Positions 37,807-47,703 of a stretch of DNA of 64,000 nucleotides are shown in pieces. This stretch comes from an uncultured delta proteobacterium (GTDB taxonomy: Bacteria > Desulfobacterota > Binatia > Binatales > Binataceae), in NCBI GenBank assembly GCA_963765675.1, contig CAVXXK010000015.1, positions 32,001 to 96,000 on the forward strand, given 5' to 3'. The translations under genes were made by a program, and so were the position numbers. Position 1 is the stretch's first letter; each line of letters starts with the position of its first letter. Under the pieces are notes generated by a model that was given only the letters and a program-made list of their open reading frames with translations, made no database searches and was not told the DNA's origin.

Positions 37807-39339
37807 ATGACACCACCGGCTAAACCCCACCGGCGCGTTTCCCGCGCCGAGCGGGTCCATACTCTAAGCGCGGTGCCTCGCGCGGCGGCGCCGATTGTGT
37901 TGCCGCGTCCGAACCGCCAACTCTCGAGCTTGTTTCAGTTTGGCGCGTTGCTACTCGCCGACCTGTCCGCGCTTACGCTCTCCGCGCTCATTGCATACGC
38001 GGTGTGGGGCTTCGGCGAAGTCCGCCAGCCGTTCGATATGTATGCGCGCCTGTTTCCGTTACTGGCGCTGTTCCCGTTTATCTATGCTGCCTTCGGACTT
38101 TATCCCGCCTTTGGACTTGGCGCCCCTGAGATAATCCGACGTCTGGTTTCCGCGACCAGTCTTACTTATGTGCTGCTCGCGGGCGCGACTTTTATTGTGA
38201 AGTTGTCGCCCGAGTACTCGCGCGTCACGTTTGGGATCGCGTGGTTCTTAAGTCTGGCGATGCTTCCGCTGGTCCGCTTTCTCGTCTTGACGGTAGTGCG
38301 CAAGTTTTCATGGTGGGGCGAGCCGACGGTCGTGATCGGCAATCCCTCGCAGATCGAGTTGACGATGGATTTGCTGCGCGACGCGAAGTCACTCGGCTAT
38401 CGGGTGGTCGGAGTGCTGTGCTCGGATCCGGAATTCCGCGGCAAGGAAATCGACGGTGTGCAAGTCCTTGGCGGACATGATCTTGCTCCGGAGATTGCGA
38501 GCGGCGGCGTCAGCACTGCGATCGTTTGGGGCGGTTCGCGCGGCGGCTATACCGGACGCAACGGGACCCTCGATCGCGCGAACCAAATTGGATGGCTCCA
38601 GCGCCAATTCCGGCATGTCGTTATCCTGCGCGGCGACGACGGTTTGCCGGTCGAGCACGTTCAGGTGCGCAATCTCGGAACTGTGCTGGGTATCGAATTC
38701 TCCAACGAATTGCTCCGGCCGGAAAATCGCGTCGTCAAACGCGCGATCGATCTCATTCTGGGAACGATGTTTCTAGCGGTCGCTGCTCCAATCATCTTCG
38801 TCTGCGGGGCGATCGTCAAAATAGTCAGCCCCGGACCGATGTTCTATGGTCAGGACCGAGAGGGTTTGGACGGCAAGAAGATCAAGATGTGGAAGCTGCG
38901 CACGATGTACGTCGATGCAGAGCGCCGCCTGTCCGAGCATCTGGCCGCCGATCCAGCGTTGCGCGCTGAATGGGAAGCCAAGCTCAAGCTCAAGCATGAC
39001 CCGCGCGTGGTCAGGGGTATCGGCTCCTTCCTGCGCCGCTTCAGTATTGACGAGCTGCCGCAGCTCTTCTGCGTGCTTGGCGGCACGATGAGCCTCGTTG
39101 GGCCGCGTCCGTTGCCGGATTATCATCTTGGCATCTTCCCGCACGAATTTCGTGAGCTGCGCCGTACGGTGCGTCCGGGTCTGACCGGACTGTGGCAGGT
39201 AACCGTGCGCAACTCTGGTGGATTGGAAGAGCATCAGCGCTATGATTCCTATTATGTGCGTAACTGGTCGATGTGGCTGGATTTTTACGTGATGGCCAAA
39301 ACGGCATTCGCCGTGCTAGCGGCCCGAGGCGCATACTAA
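37807..39339 (+). CDS. Priming undecaprenyl-phosphate hexose-1-P transferase (WbaP/WcaJ-type)
   Basis: Four N-terminal TMs, Rossmann-like domain, KRAIDL, KLRTM, DPRV, SIDELPQL, MSLVGPRP, RPGLTGLWQV and YVRNWS.WLD motifs. Confidence 0.93.
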   Translation: MTPPAKPHRRVSRAERVHTLSAVPRAAAPIVLPRPNRQLSSLFQFGALLLADLSALTLSALIAYAVWGFGEVRQPFDMYARLFPLLALFPFIYAAFGLYPAFGLGAPEIIRRLVSATSLTYVLLAGATFIVKLSPEYSRVTFGIAWFLSLAMLPLVRFLVLTVVRKFSWWGEPTVVIGNPSQIELTMDLLRDAKSLGYRVVGVLCSDPEFRGKEIDGVQVLGGHDLAPEIASGGVSTAIVWGGSRGGYTGRNGTLDRANQIGWLQRQFRHVVILRGDDGLPVEHVQVRNLGTVLGIEFSNELLRPENRVVKRAIDLILGTMFLAVAAPIIFVCGAIVKIVSPGPMFYGQDREGLDGKKIKMWKLRTMYVDAERRLSEHLAADPALRAEWEAKLKLKHDPRVVRGIGSFLRRFSIDELPQLFCVLGGTMSLVGPRPLPDYHLGIFPHEFRELRRTVRPGLTGLWQVTVRNSGGLEEHQRYDSYYVRNWSMWLDFYVMAKTAFAVLAARGAY

Positions 39340-40848
39340 ATGGGAGTCGCACCAAATCGCATTGAAGTTGATAGCGCCGTCGCGGCAAACTCCCGATGGC
39401 GTACTTCGCCGACCTATCCGCCGGTACAGCGCGGGCGGATCCGGCAGCCATCGCGGATGCGCAAGATTCTGTCGCTGCGTCCTTTCCGCCTGGAGATTCT
39501 GCTCATCATCGGATACCTGGTCGCAACGCGGCTGTTTTCACTCTCGGCGGCGAAGATAGGGATCAACCTTGGGCCGCTACCGCTGTTCCTCACCGACCTC
39601 ACGCTCTTCGCGCTTATCGGCCTCGCACTGCTGAGGCGTCCGGGGAAATTGATGTTCTGGCTTTCCTCGGGACGTGGTGCGACTACCGCCGGCGTAGCCC
39701 TATGGCTGCTATGCGGGATCTCGGTGATCTATTTCATCATTGCGTTCCCGGTTTACAAGGTTATGGCGGTGCGCGATCTCGCGATCTTCTGCTACAGCCT
39801 GTTCTTCCCGTTGACTTATTTTGCGATTGGCAATCGCGGATGGGCGATCCGCGTGACCCGCTATTGCGTTTACTCCGGCTTGGTCCTTGCGGTGATGATC
39901 CTCGTACAAAAGATGACGGGGCTTGACATGGGACTCGGCGAACTGTCGCGCAATATCAATGGATCGTGGGTGGCTTATGTCGGCGGTGACGATTACGGCG
40001 CGATCACTGCCAGTGCGATGATGGGGCTCATCGCATACCTGATGCTGGAGCGGGATTATCGCCGCTTTCACGCTATCGGCGCTTTCGTGTGTCTTCTAGC
40101 TTTAGCCGCCAACGGCGCGCGTTCGGCGGTCGTCGGAGCGGCGGTGGCAGGCGCGGTATCCTTCGTGCTCCTCTCGACGCGCTACCGAATTATCTTTGGT
40201 GCCATCTGCGCCGCATTGATTTTCGTGGTCTTGGCCGGCGCGACTTTACCGGACACGATTCCCGGAGCGCCTGCGCTGCACAATCTGTCCATCGGGATCA
40301 GCAGCGCGGTCGGCGCAAGCAAGGATATGGATGCGCAGTTCCGAATCGGCCGCTGGCACGACGTGATCGGAACCTGGCTCACGGACCCAGTGTTCGGGGT
40401 AGGCTACGGAAAGGAAATTCTAAACAGCGCCTTTATCGGATCCGACGTGGTCGGCGAATTCAACGAGGGGATGCCGCACAACACCTATCTGTTCCTCCTT
40501 GCCCGTATGGGGCTGGTTGGATTCGGACTGGTGGTGTTGGCGATGCTGTTCGGGATTGGCAAGCTGATCGGGTCGGTACGCCGCTACCGGCAACCCGATG
40601 ATCTCGCGGCGCTTAATGTCCTCGTCACGCTGGCAGCTTATGCGACCTTCGTGCTTTTCTTCGAACGCCCGATGAACAACGCGGGCTTCTGGATCATGCT
40701 CGCTGCCGGCTTGCGCCTCGCCGAGACCTCGCGCGCTGCGATGATGGCGCGGCTCTCGATGCCGCGCTTCATGCCTGCGCGCTTGCGCGCGCAGTCTTCC
40801 TGCCTGGCGGTGCCTGAACTTTCAGCTCAAATTGCGCCGCAGGCTTGA
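39340..40848 (+). CDS. O-antigen ligase family protein, probable Wzy polymerase
   Basis: Multi-TM; ARSA, FR...W, FGVGYG and PHNTYL..LA.MGLVG motifs; start may be later (MRKIL). Confidence 0.8.
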   Translation: MGVAPNRIEVDSAVAANSRWRTSPTYPPVQRGRIRQPSRMRKILSLRPFRLEILLIIGYLVATRLFSLSAAKIGINLGPLPLFLTDLTLFALIGLALLRRPGKLMFWLSSGRGATTAGVALWLLCGISVIYFIIAFPVYKVMAVRDLAIFCYSLFFPLTYFAIGNRGWAIRVTRYCVYSGLVLAVMILVQKMTGLDMGLGELSRNINGSWVAYVGGDDYGAITASAMMGLIAYLMLERDYRRFHAIGAFVCLLALAANGARSAVVGAAVAGAVSFVLLSTRYRIIFGAICAALIFVVLAGATLPDTIPGAPALHNLSIGISSAVGASKDMDAQFRIGRWHDVIGTWLTDPVFGVGYGKEILNSAFIGSDVVGEFNEGMPHNTYLFLLARMGLVGFGLVVLAMLFGIGKLIGSVRRYRQPDDLAALNVLVTLAAYATFVLFFERPMNNAGFWIMLAAGLRLAETSRAAMMARLSMPRFMPARLRAQSSCLAVPELSAQIAPQA

Positions 40849-41110
40849 TGCGCGCCTATGCACGCCGACAAGACCTGGAGGTGCCGGGTCACTTAGCACC
40901 AGATCGATATCGTCGCGGACCGTGGTCGCGGCGATTGCGTATTCCGCAGCGAGCGCGCCCGCGATCGCTGCCGGTCCGGTTCCGCTCGCCAGCATGTCCC
41001 AGATTTTCCCGCCCGTTTCGTCCAGCCGATTAACTGCCCCCACTCTTTAGATCGATCACGAGCATCTCGTCGCCGATGAGCCGCCATGCGATGGACGGCG
41101 GTATCGTTGC
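40840..41110 (-). pseudogene. PqqD/RRE-family remnant
   Basis: Joining frames across a G5 run (41037-41041) gives ATIPPSIAWRLIGDEMLVIDLKSG|AVNRLDETGGKIWDML...IAGALAAEYAI..TVRDDI..L...GLV; no in-frame start nearby. Confidence 0.65.
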
Positions 41111-41257
41111 CTGCGATTGTCGCCGAAATGCGCTCTCGCGCCTGCATGCGGACGCGAGGCGTCTCGCGGACGCCGCCGTATGCTCCAGCGAGAAACTTCG
41201 TTGCAATCCCCGACTTCCGTCGATACGATCCGTAGCGTTATGTGGCAGTTTAGCGCG

Positions 41258-41449
41258 ATGAAGCCGCTCGGAAGATTACTTGCGATTGCCGTGGTCATCT
41301 GCGCGCTTCCACTCATGACAGGATGTTCGAATCAGCAGAACTCGGACTCTACGCTGGAGCAGGCAGGGCAATCTGAGCCGCCCAACGCCGCCGCTCCAGC
41401 GACCGACGCGCCACCGCATCCGCAGGACAAACCGCGGTCACAGCAATAG
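41258..41449 (+). CDS. Small hypothetical lipoprotein
   Basis: MKPLGRLLAIAVVICALPLMTGC lipobox followed by a disordered tail. Confidence 0.6.
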   Translation: MKPLGRLLAIAVVICALPLMTGCSNQQNSDSTLEQAGQSEPPNAAAPATDAPPHPQDKPRSQQ

Positions 41450-41476
41450 AACCCGCGCAACTTGATGCGCCGCGAG

Positions 41477-42202
41477 CTAGCGCGGCGTGTGCGACTTCAG
41501 GAATTCGCGTACCCGCGTAACGGTCTGCGTAATCAAGTCGGGCGTTTTCCACTCGCGCACGAGGGTTGCGTTGGGAGCCAGTTTGGCAATCTCCTCAGAT
41601 GTGGCGGTGGGATGATAGTCGTCGCTGCCCATCAGAATCATCAGCGGTGTCTTGACCGTACGGACGAAGTCGCGCGAGACGTTGAACACGAAGTCGCCCG
41701 CGTACATGCGGTCGCGGAATTCGCGCAGTCCCGCGTCGTCAATCTCCGGATGCGAAGGCTTTAGCGCCTGCGCCCATCCGTCGAACATCGCGAAAAACAG
41801 CTCGCGATTCTTTGGCGATAGCCCGATCGGATTCTGCAGTACCGCGGCGCTTACGCGATCGGGCGCGGCCTGGATCATTCCGAGCGAGTACGAGCCGCCG
41901 ATGCATCCGCCGAGCAGGTGGCATCGCTTGATCCCCAGATGATCCAGCAGGGCGATATGGTCCTGCGTGTAGGTATGCCATCCGTCGGTGCGGCCCAGCG
42001 GCGCGCGCGATTGTCCGGCGTTTCGCTGGTCCATCGCGATCACGCGAAAATCCTTTGCGAGTTCCATCGTCGGATCGAATGGACTCTTCGGCCAGAACTC
42101 GATGGCGGATCGCATTCCGCCGGGAGCGAACAGCAGGATCGGGTAGCCCGTGCCGAATTCTTCGTAGTAGAGCGAAACCGGACCGCGTTCGAATGAGGGC
42201 AT
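41477..42202 (-). CDS. Alpha/beta hydrolase with Cys at the nucleophile elbow
   Basis: MDQRNAGQS, LLGGCIGG (GxCxG) and GSDDYH motifs; GGAG RBS. Confidence 0.85.
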   Translation of the reverse strand: MPSFERGPVSLYYEEFGTGYPILLFAPGGMRSAIEFWPKSPFDPTMELAKDFRVIAMDQRNAGQSRAPLGRTDGWHTYTQDHIALLDHLGIKRCHLLGGCIGGSYSLGMIQAAPDRVSAAVLQNPIGLSPKNRELFFAMFDGWAQALKPSHPEIDDAGLREFRDRMYAGDFVFNVSRDFVRTVKTPLMILMGSDDYHPTATSEEIAKLAPNATLVREWKTPDLITQTVTRVREFLKSHTPR

Positions 42203-42229
42203 CGAGTTAATCTCCGTTACGTGTTGGAC

Positions 42230-45200
42230 CTAGGACGCCATCCTGCGCCGCTGTCCCTCGGTATCGGAGCCGTTTCCGAAATCCGGCTCGGGCTCCGGCA
42301 CGTACTTTTCGCCGGTGCGCCACGCGTGAACGATCCTGGTGGCCGATTCCATATATGTATAAACCACGGGCGTAATGTACAGCGTCAGAAACTGCGAGAA
42401 GAAGAGCCCGCCGACAACCGCGGCGCCGAGGGGGCGGCGCGACTCCGCGCCCGCACCGATTCCGATCGCGATCGGCAGCGTGCCCATCAGGGCCGCCGCA
42501 GTGGTCATCATGATCGGGCGGAAGCGGACGATCGCGCCTTCGAAGATCGCCTCGGTCGGCGACTTGCCCTCGGTGCGCTGCGCATCGAGCGCGAAATCGA
42601 TCATCATGATGGCGTTTTTCTTGACCAGCCCGACCAGCATCACGACGCCGACGAAGGCGAACAAGTCGAGTTCCATCCCGAAGATCCAGAGCGTCAATAG
42701 TGCGCCGAAACCGGCGGCGGGAAGACCGGACAGAATCGTGATCGGATGGATGAAACTTTCGTACAGGACTCCCAGCACCAGATAGATCACGAGGATCGTC
42801 ATGATCAGCAGCATCCCGAGGTTGCCGAGCGAACTCTGAAAAGCCTGCGCGGTGCCTTGGAAGTTCGCGGTGATAGTGTCGGGGAGCGTGTCACGCGCGA
42901 GCGCCTGCACCTGGCCGAGCGCCTTGCCCAGCGAGACTCCGGGAGCGAGGTCGAACGAGATCGTGGCGGATGGCAACTGCCCGTAGTGATTGACCTGCAG
43001 CGCGCCGAGCGAGCGCGAGAACTTTACCACCGTGTCCAGCGGCACCAGCGAGCCGGAGGACGAGCGCACGTAGAGCAACGCAAGCGTGGCGGGATCCATC
43101 TGGTACTCCGGCAGCACCTGCATGATTACCCAGTACTCGTTGTTGGGTGCGTAGATGGTCGAGATCTGGCGCTCGCCGTATGCGTCGTCGAGCGCGTTCT
43201 CGATCGCACTTGCGGTGACGCCGAGTGCGTGTGCCTTGTCGCGATCGATCTTGATCGTCACCTGCGGATTCTGCACCTGCAAATCGCTGTTCACGCCGCG
43301 CAGATCTTTTAGCCCGCGCATCCGCGCCTCCAGGATCGGCGCGTATTTGTAGAGCGATTCGGTGTCGGGACTCTGCAGCGTCATCTGGTACATGCTGCGT
43401 GTGAATTGCGCCCCGATCCGGATCGGAGGCGGATTCTGAAGGAACACCATCAAGCCGGGCACCGAGTTCACGATCGGGCGCCATTTGTTGATCAGTTGGT
43501 CGGCGCTGAGCTTGCGCTCCGAGCGCGGCTTCAAATGGACAAAGAGCATCCCGGAGTTAGTGCCGCCGGAGGGGCCGGCGCTGCCGACGCCGGCGAAGTA
43601 TTGCCGGATGTTCGGATCGTTCTTGAGCAGGTTCACGACCGCGAGCTGATGCTTCACCATCGAGTCATATGAGATTCCCTGCGCCGCCTGCGTGAACATG
43701 ATCAATTCGTCGGTGTCTTCGCTCGGCAGAAAGCCTTTCGGAATCGCATAGAAGAAATAAATCGTTACGATCAGAATGAGTCCCGAAAAAGCCATCGTCG
43801 CCGGGCGATGGCGCATCACCCAGGCGAGGCTCCTCTGGTAGCCGTCGAGCAACACGTCGAAGTAATGCTCGGTGACCTGGTACATGCGGCCGTGTTTTTC
43901 GCTCTTCGGCGGCTTAAGAAAGCGCGAGCAGAGCATCGGGGTCAGTGTCAGTGACACGACTCCCGAGACCAGGATCGCGGCGCCGATTGTGACTGCGAAT
44001 TCGTGCAGCAGGCGGCCGAGAATTCCGCCCATGAACAGGACCGGGATGAACACCGCCGCCAGCGAGAGCGTCATCGACAAGATCGTGAAGCCGATCTCGC
44101 GCGCACCGTCGAGCGACGCCGTCAGCGCGTCCTTGCCCATCTCCATGTGCCGCACGACGTTCTCGAGCATGACGATCGCGTCGTCGACCACGAAGCCGAC
44201 CCCCAGAACGATCGCCATCAGCGAAAGATTGTCGAGCGAGTAATCCAGCACCCACATGACGCCGAAGGTTCCGATGATCGACATCGGCAGCGCGAGGCTC
44301 GGGATGATCGTCGCCGACAGGTTGCGCAGGAACAGGAAGATCACCATCACAACCAGCGCCACCGTCAGGAGCAGCGTGAACTGCACGTCGTCGACCGAGG
44401 CGCGAATCGTCTCCGAACGGTCGCCCAGGACTTCGATATGCAGTCCCGCGGGTGCCTGCTCGCGGAACGAGGGCAGCAGCTTGGTGACGTTGTCTACGAC
44501 CTCGACGGTGTTGGTACCGGGCTGGCGCTGGATCGCGAGCACCACGGCCGGCTCGCCATTGGACCAACTGGCGGTTTTGTCGTCCTGCACGCTGTCGAGC
44601 ACGCGCCCGATATCCTCAAGGCGCACGGGCGCACCGTTGGTATAGGCCACGACCAATGGCCGATAGGCCGCGGCGTTCATCAACTGGCCCCGGGTATCGA
44701 CGGTGAAAGCCTGATGCGCTCCGTAGAGCGTGCCGGTTGGAAGATCGACATTGGCGTCTTGGATTGCCTGCGCAACCTCGTCGATTCCGATTCCGCGCGA
44801 TGCGAGTTTCTTGGGATCCACCTGGATCCGCACCGCGTACTTTTGCGCGCCGTACACCTGCACCTGCGCGACTCCCGACACCATCGAAATGCGTTCGCCA
44901 AGATAGGTCTCGGCGTACTCATCGACCTGGGAAATCGGCATCGTGGTCGAACTGAGCGAGAGATAGAGCACGGGAGAATCGGCAGGATTGACCTTTTTGA
45001 AGGTCGGCGGACTCGGCATCCCTTGCGGAAGCTGCGCGAGCGTCGCAGTGATTGCCGCCTGCACGTCCTGCGCTGCCGCATCGATATTGCGCGAAAGTGT
45101 GAATTGCAAAGTGATGTTGGTGCCGCCGAGGATGCTGGTCGAGGTCATCGAATCCAGCCCCGCGATAGTCGTGAATTGCTTTTCGAGCGGAGTCGCGATC

Positions 45201-45385
45201 GATGACGCTATAGTGTCCGGGCTAGCGCCGGGCAGGCTCGCGCTGACGACGATCGTCGGAAAGTCGACGTTGGGCAGATCGCTCACCGGCAGCAGCCGGT
45301 ACGCCATCATTCCAAAGAAAACGATCGCCAGCGAAAGCAGCGTCGTCATCACCGGGCGGCGTATAAACAATTCGGCGATATTCAC
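42230..45385 (-). CDS. RND efflux permease (MdtB/MdtC-like)
   Basis: FIRRPV, LPVSDLPNVDFPTI, VNPADSP, GFVVDDAIVMLEN, KKNAIMMIDFAL and RFRPIMMTT motifs. Confidence 0.95.
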   Translation of the reverse strand: MNIAELFIRRPVMTTLLSLAIVFFGMMAYRLLPVSDLPNVDFPTIVVSASLPGASPDTIASSIATPLEKQFTTIAGLDSMTSTSILGGTNITLQFTLSRNIDAAAQDVQAAITATLAQLPQGMPSPPTFKKVNPADSPVLYLSLSSTTMPISQVDEYAETYLGERISMVSGVAQVQVYGAQKYAVRIQVDPKKLASRGIGIDEVAQAIQDANVDLPTGTLYGAHQAFTVDTRGQLMNAAAYRPLVVAYTNGAPVRLEDIGRVLDSVQDDKTASWSNGEPAVVLAIQRQPGTNTVEVVDNVTKLLPSFREQAPAGLHIEVLGDRSETIRASVDDVQFTLLLTVALVVMVIFLFLRNLSATIIPSLALPMSIIGTFGVMWVLDYSLDNLSLMAIVLGVGFVVDDAIVMLENVVRHMEMGKDALTASLDGAREIGFTILSMTLSLAAVFIPVLFMGGILGRLLHEFAVTIGAAILVSGVVSLTLTPMLCSRFLKPPKSEKHGRMYQVTEHYFDVLLDGYQRSLAWVMRHRPATMAFSGLILIVTIYFFYAIPKGFLPSEDTDELIMFTQAAQGISYDSMVKHQLAVVNLLKNDPNIRQYFAGVGSAGPSGGTNSGMLFVHLKPRSERKLSADQLINKWRPIVNSVPGLMVFLQNPPPIRIGAQFTRSMYQMTLQSPDTESLYKYAPILEARMRGLKDLRGVNSDLQVQNPQVTIKIDRDKAHALGVTASAIENALDDAYGERQISTIYAPNNEYWVIMQVLPEYQMDPATLALLYVRSSSGSLVPLDTVVKFSRSLGALQVNHYGQLPSATISFDLAPGVSLGKALGQVQALARDTLPDTITANFQGTAQAFQSSLGNLGMLLIMTILVIYLVLGVLYESFIHPITILSGLPAAGFGALLTLWIFGMELDLFAFVGVVMLVGLVKKNAIMMIDFALDAQRTEGKSPTEAIFEGAIVRFRPIMMTTAAALMGTLPIAIGIGAGAESRRPLGAAVVGGLFFSQFLTLYITPVVYTYMESATRIVHAWRTGEKYVPEPEPDFGNGSDTEGQRRRMAS

Positions 45386-46572
45386 GAAGCCACTCCGCTG
45401 CTGCCGCTGACTCCCGACTTGATCGATACGCGCGCTCCGGGCACCAGGCGCAACTGGCCGTCGGTCACGACGGTTTCGCCGCTCGTCAACCCGCGCTCGA
45501 CCACGGTTTGTCCGTTGTCGGATGAGCCGACCACCACCGGGCGGCTCTGCACTTTCATTTCATGATCCACCACGAATACATAGGAGCCATCCGCTCCGGT
45601 CTGGATCGCCTGTGACGGCACCACGACCGTGCCAGGCCGTTCATCCAGAATCAAATTCGCGTCTACGAACTGGCCCGGCCATAGTTTGCCGTCCTTATTG
45701 CTGAATAGACCCTTGAGCTCGATCGTGCCGGTCTTCATGTCCACGGAATTGTCGATGAAACTGAGATCTCCTTTTTCGAGCGCGCCCTGCTGGCCGGGAA
45801 TCGAAACTTCTACCGGCAACGTTCGCCGGGCCATGTCCTGGCGGACGTCGGAAAGGCTCTGCTCGGGAACCGAGAAATCGACGTACACGGGGCTAATCTG
45901 ATTGATCACGACCATTGGGGTGTCCGCGTTGTTCTTGACCAGATTCCCCTGATGCACCAGCAGGTTGCCGGTGCGGCCATCGATCGGCGCGCGGATCGTG
46001 GTGTAGGCGAGATTGAGTTTCGCGGTTTGGACTTCCGCTTGGTCGGCGGCAACCGCGGCCTTGTCGGCCGCGGCGGTCGCGTGGGCTTGATCGTATTGTT
46101 GCTGCGAACCGACTTTCTGCTTCAGCAGGTAGAAGTAGCGGCTCTCGTCGGCCGTGGATTGCGCTTCTTTCGCCTGGTCGCGGGCGAGGTTTGCCTGGGC
46201 CTGGAGCAGAGCGGCTTCAAACGGGCGCGGGTCGATCACAAACAACAGATCGCCGCGTTTGACGTACTGCCCTTCCTTGAAATGGACTTCAGTGATCACG
46301 CCGTCGAGCTGCGCCTTGATGTTGACCGTCGAATACGCTTCGACGCGGCCGATCGCATGCAGCCGCGTCGCGACGGTTTTCTGCTCCGCCTTTGCGACCA
46401 GCACTGGCACGGTCTGCTGCCCGTATCCTGTCGCCTGCTGCCCACGGCACCCTGCCCCGGCGAGGGTCGCAACCAACGCGGCGACGCTCAGTATCGACAA
46501 CGCGCGCGCGCGTCCGCCGAAGTCGAGCTTTGCGCCTGATATCCATTGCATCCGAATCTTCCGCACCCGCAT
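45382..46572 (-). CDS. RND efflux periplasmic adaptor (MdtA-like MFP)
   Basis: FKEGQ.VK.GD.LF.IDPRPF, IRAPIDGRTG, DNSVD..TGTI.LK and LWPGQFV motifs; GTGA overlap with the permease; start uncertain. Confidence 0.93.
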   Translation of the reverse strand: MRVRKIRMQWISGAKLDFGGRARALSILSVAALVATLAGAGCRGQQATGYGQQTVPVLVAKAEQKTVATRLHAIGRVEAYSTVNIKAQLDGVITEVHFKEGQYVKRGDLLFVIDPRPFEAALLQAQANLARDQAKEAQSTADESRYFYLLKQKVGSQQQYDQAHATAAADKAAVAADQAEVQTAKLNLAYTTIRAPIDGRTGNLLVHQGNLVKNNADTPMVVINQISPVYVDFSVPEQSLSDVRQDMARRTLPVEVSIPGQQGALEKGDLSFIDNSVDMKTGTIELKGLFSNKDGKLWPGQFVDANLILDERPGTVVVPSQAIQTGADGSYVFVVDHEMKVQSRPVVVGSSDNGQTVVERGLTSGETVVTDGQLRLVPGARVSIKSGVSGSSGVAS

Positions 46573-46924
46573 CTTCAAGTCGATCGTGCCTTTCAAAATT
46601 CCATGCGCTGGCGATCGTCCGAAACGACGGGACTCGCGCTGCGCGGCCATTCGATCTGTGATCTTTTAAGCCAGCAAATCTTATCAGTGAGATGTTACAC
46701 GAGGAAAAGGGGCGAATGACTGAACCACGCGCGCGCCGCCGGTCAGCGCTCCGCGTGTGCGCTCATAGCGGAAAAAGCGCCGACGCATCGCAGGTTGCCA
46801 GGCAGCGGCGCCGAAGCCGAAGCCGTCCAAATCGCGCGAGCGCAAGTGGATTGATGCTGACGTAAGAGTCCTGTGTGGAATTCCTACGCACGCAGCCTGT
46901 CGATGTCGCGCAGGACGCACTGCA

Positions 46925-47578
46925 TCATGGTCCGAACGCCCAGGCCACCATGAGCGGAAGCTCGGCGCGCCAGAACGCGCCGCCGTGCGATCCGCCCCGT
47001 TCGATCATCACAACATCCGCCCCGGCATCGCGCAGCGCTTGCGCCCACCGGGTCGCGTTCTCGAGAAACCAGGGCTCCTGCGTTCCGCCGACCAGGTAGG
47101 CGCGCGGAAGCGGCCTCGGGATCAGGCCGGGCGGCCGGTAACCCCCACCTGGCGAGGCGCAGAACACCGCACCGTAGACATCCGGATGCAGAAGCCCGAT
47201 GGCGAGCGCCAGTTCCCCACTCGCCGAGACGCCGCACACCGCCGTGCGTTCCTTGGGCAGGGCGACCCCGAAACGCGACCGCGTCCATGCGCGCACGTCC
47301 TCGACGAAGAACCTCTCGTGGGCCGCGAACCGGCCGGGATCGAAGCCCGGTGAGTACTCATGCAGCCGCAGCGTCTCATCCGCCGACCGATGGACACCAA
47401 CGATCATCGTGGACGGCCCGTCGGATGCCGCGACGACTTCGCCCCACTGCGAGATCAGCTGGCCGTCACCGGCGAACACCACCGCCTCAGGGGGATCCGG
47501 GGGGAGGTACACCGTGACCTGCCTGCCACCGTCGTACTCGAACCTCTCAGTGATGAGTTCTCCCTCGGTGGATGACAT
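46925..47578 (-). CDS. Putative esterase (Fes/IroE-like alpha/beta hydrolase)
   Basis: RQVTVYLPP, DGQ, RLHEY, GVSASG elbow and GGSH..FW motifs. Confidence 0.8.
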   Translation of the reverse strand: MSSTEGELITERFEYDGGRQVTVYLPPDPPEAVVFAGDGQLISQWGEVVAASDGPSTMIVGVHRSADETLRLHEYSPGFDPGRFAAHERFFVEDVRAWTRSRFGVALPKERTAVCGVSASGELALAIGLLHPDVYGAVFCASPGGGYRPPGLIPRPLPRAYLVGGTQEPWFLENATRWAQALRDAGADVVMIERGGSHGGAFWRAELPLMVAWAFGP

Positions 47579-47703
47579 CTTCGCGTTCCCTTGCCGTCGG
47601 CGGCGCCGGCGCTGACGATGAACGATCAGTCGCGGATTGGCGTCATGACCCTGTGTCGTTCTTCCATGACCTTGGGCGGGTACCAAGCGTCAGAGTCTAT
47701 CTA

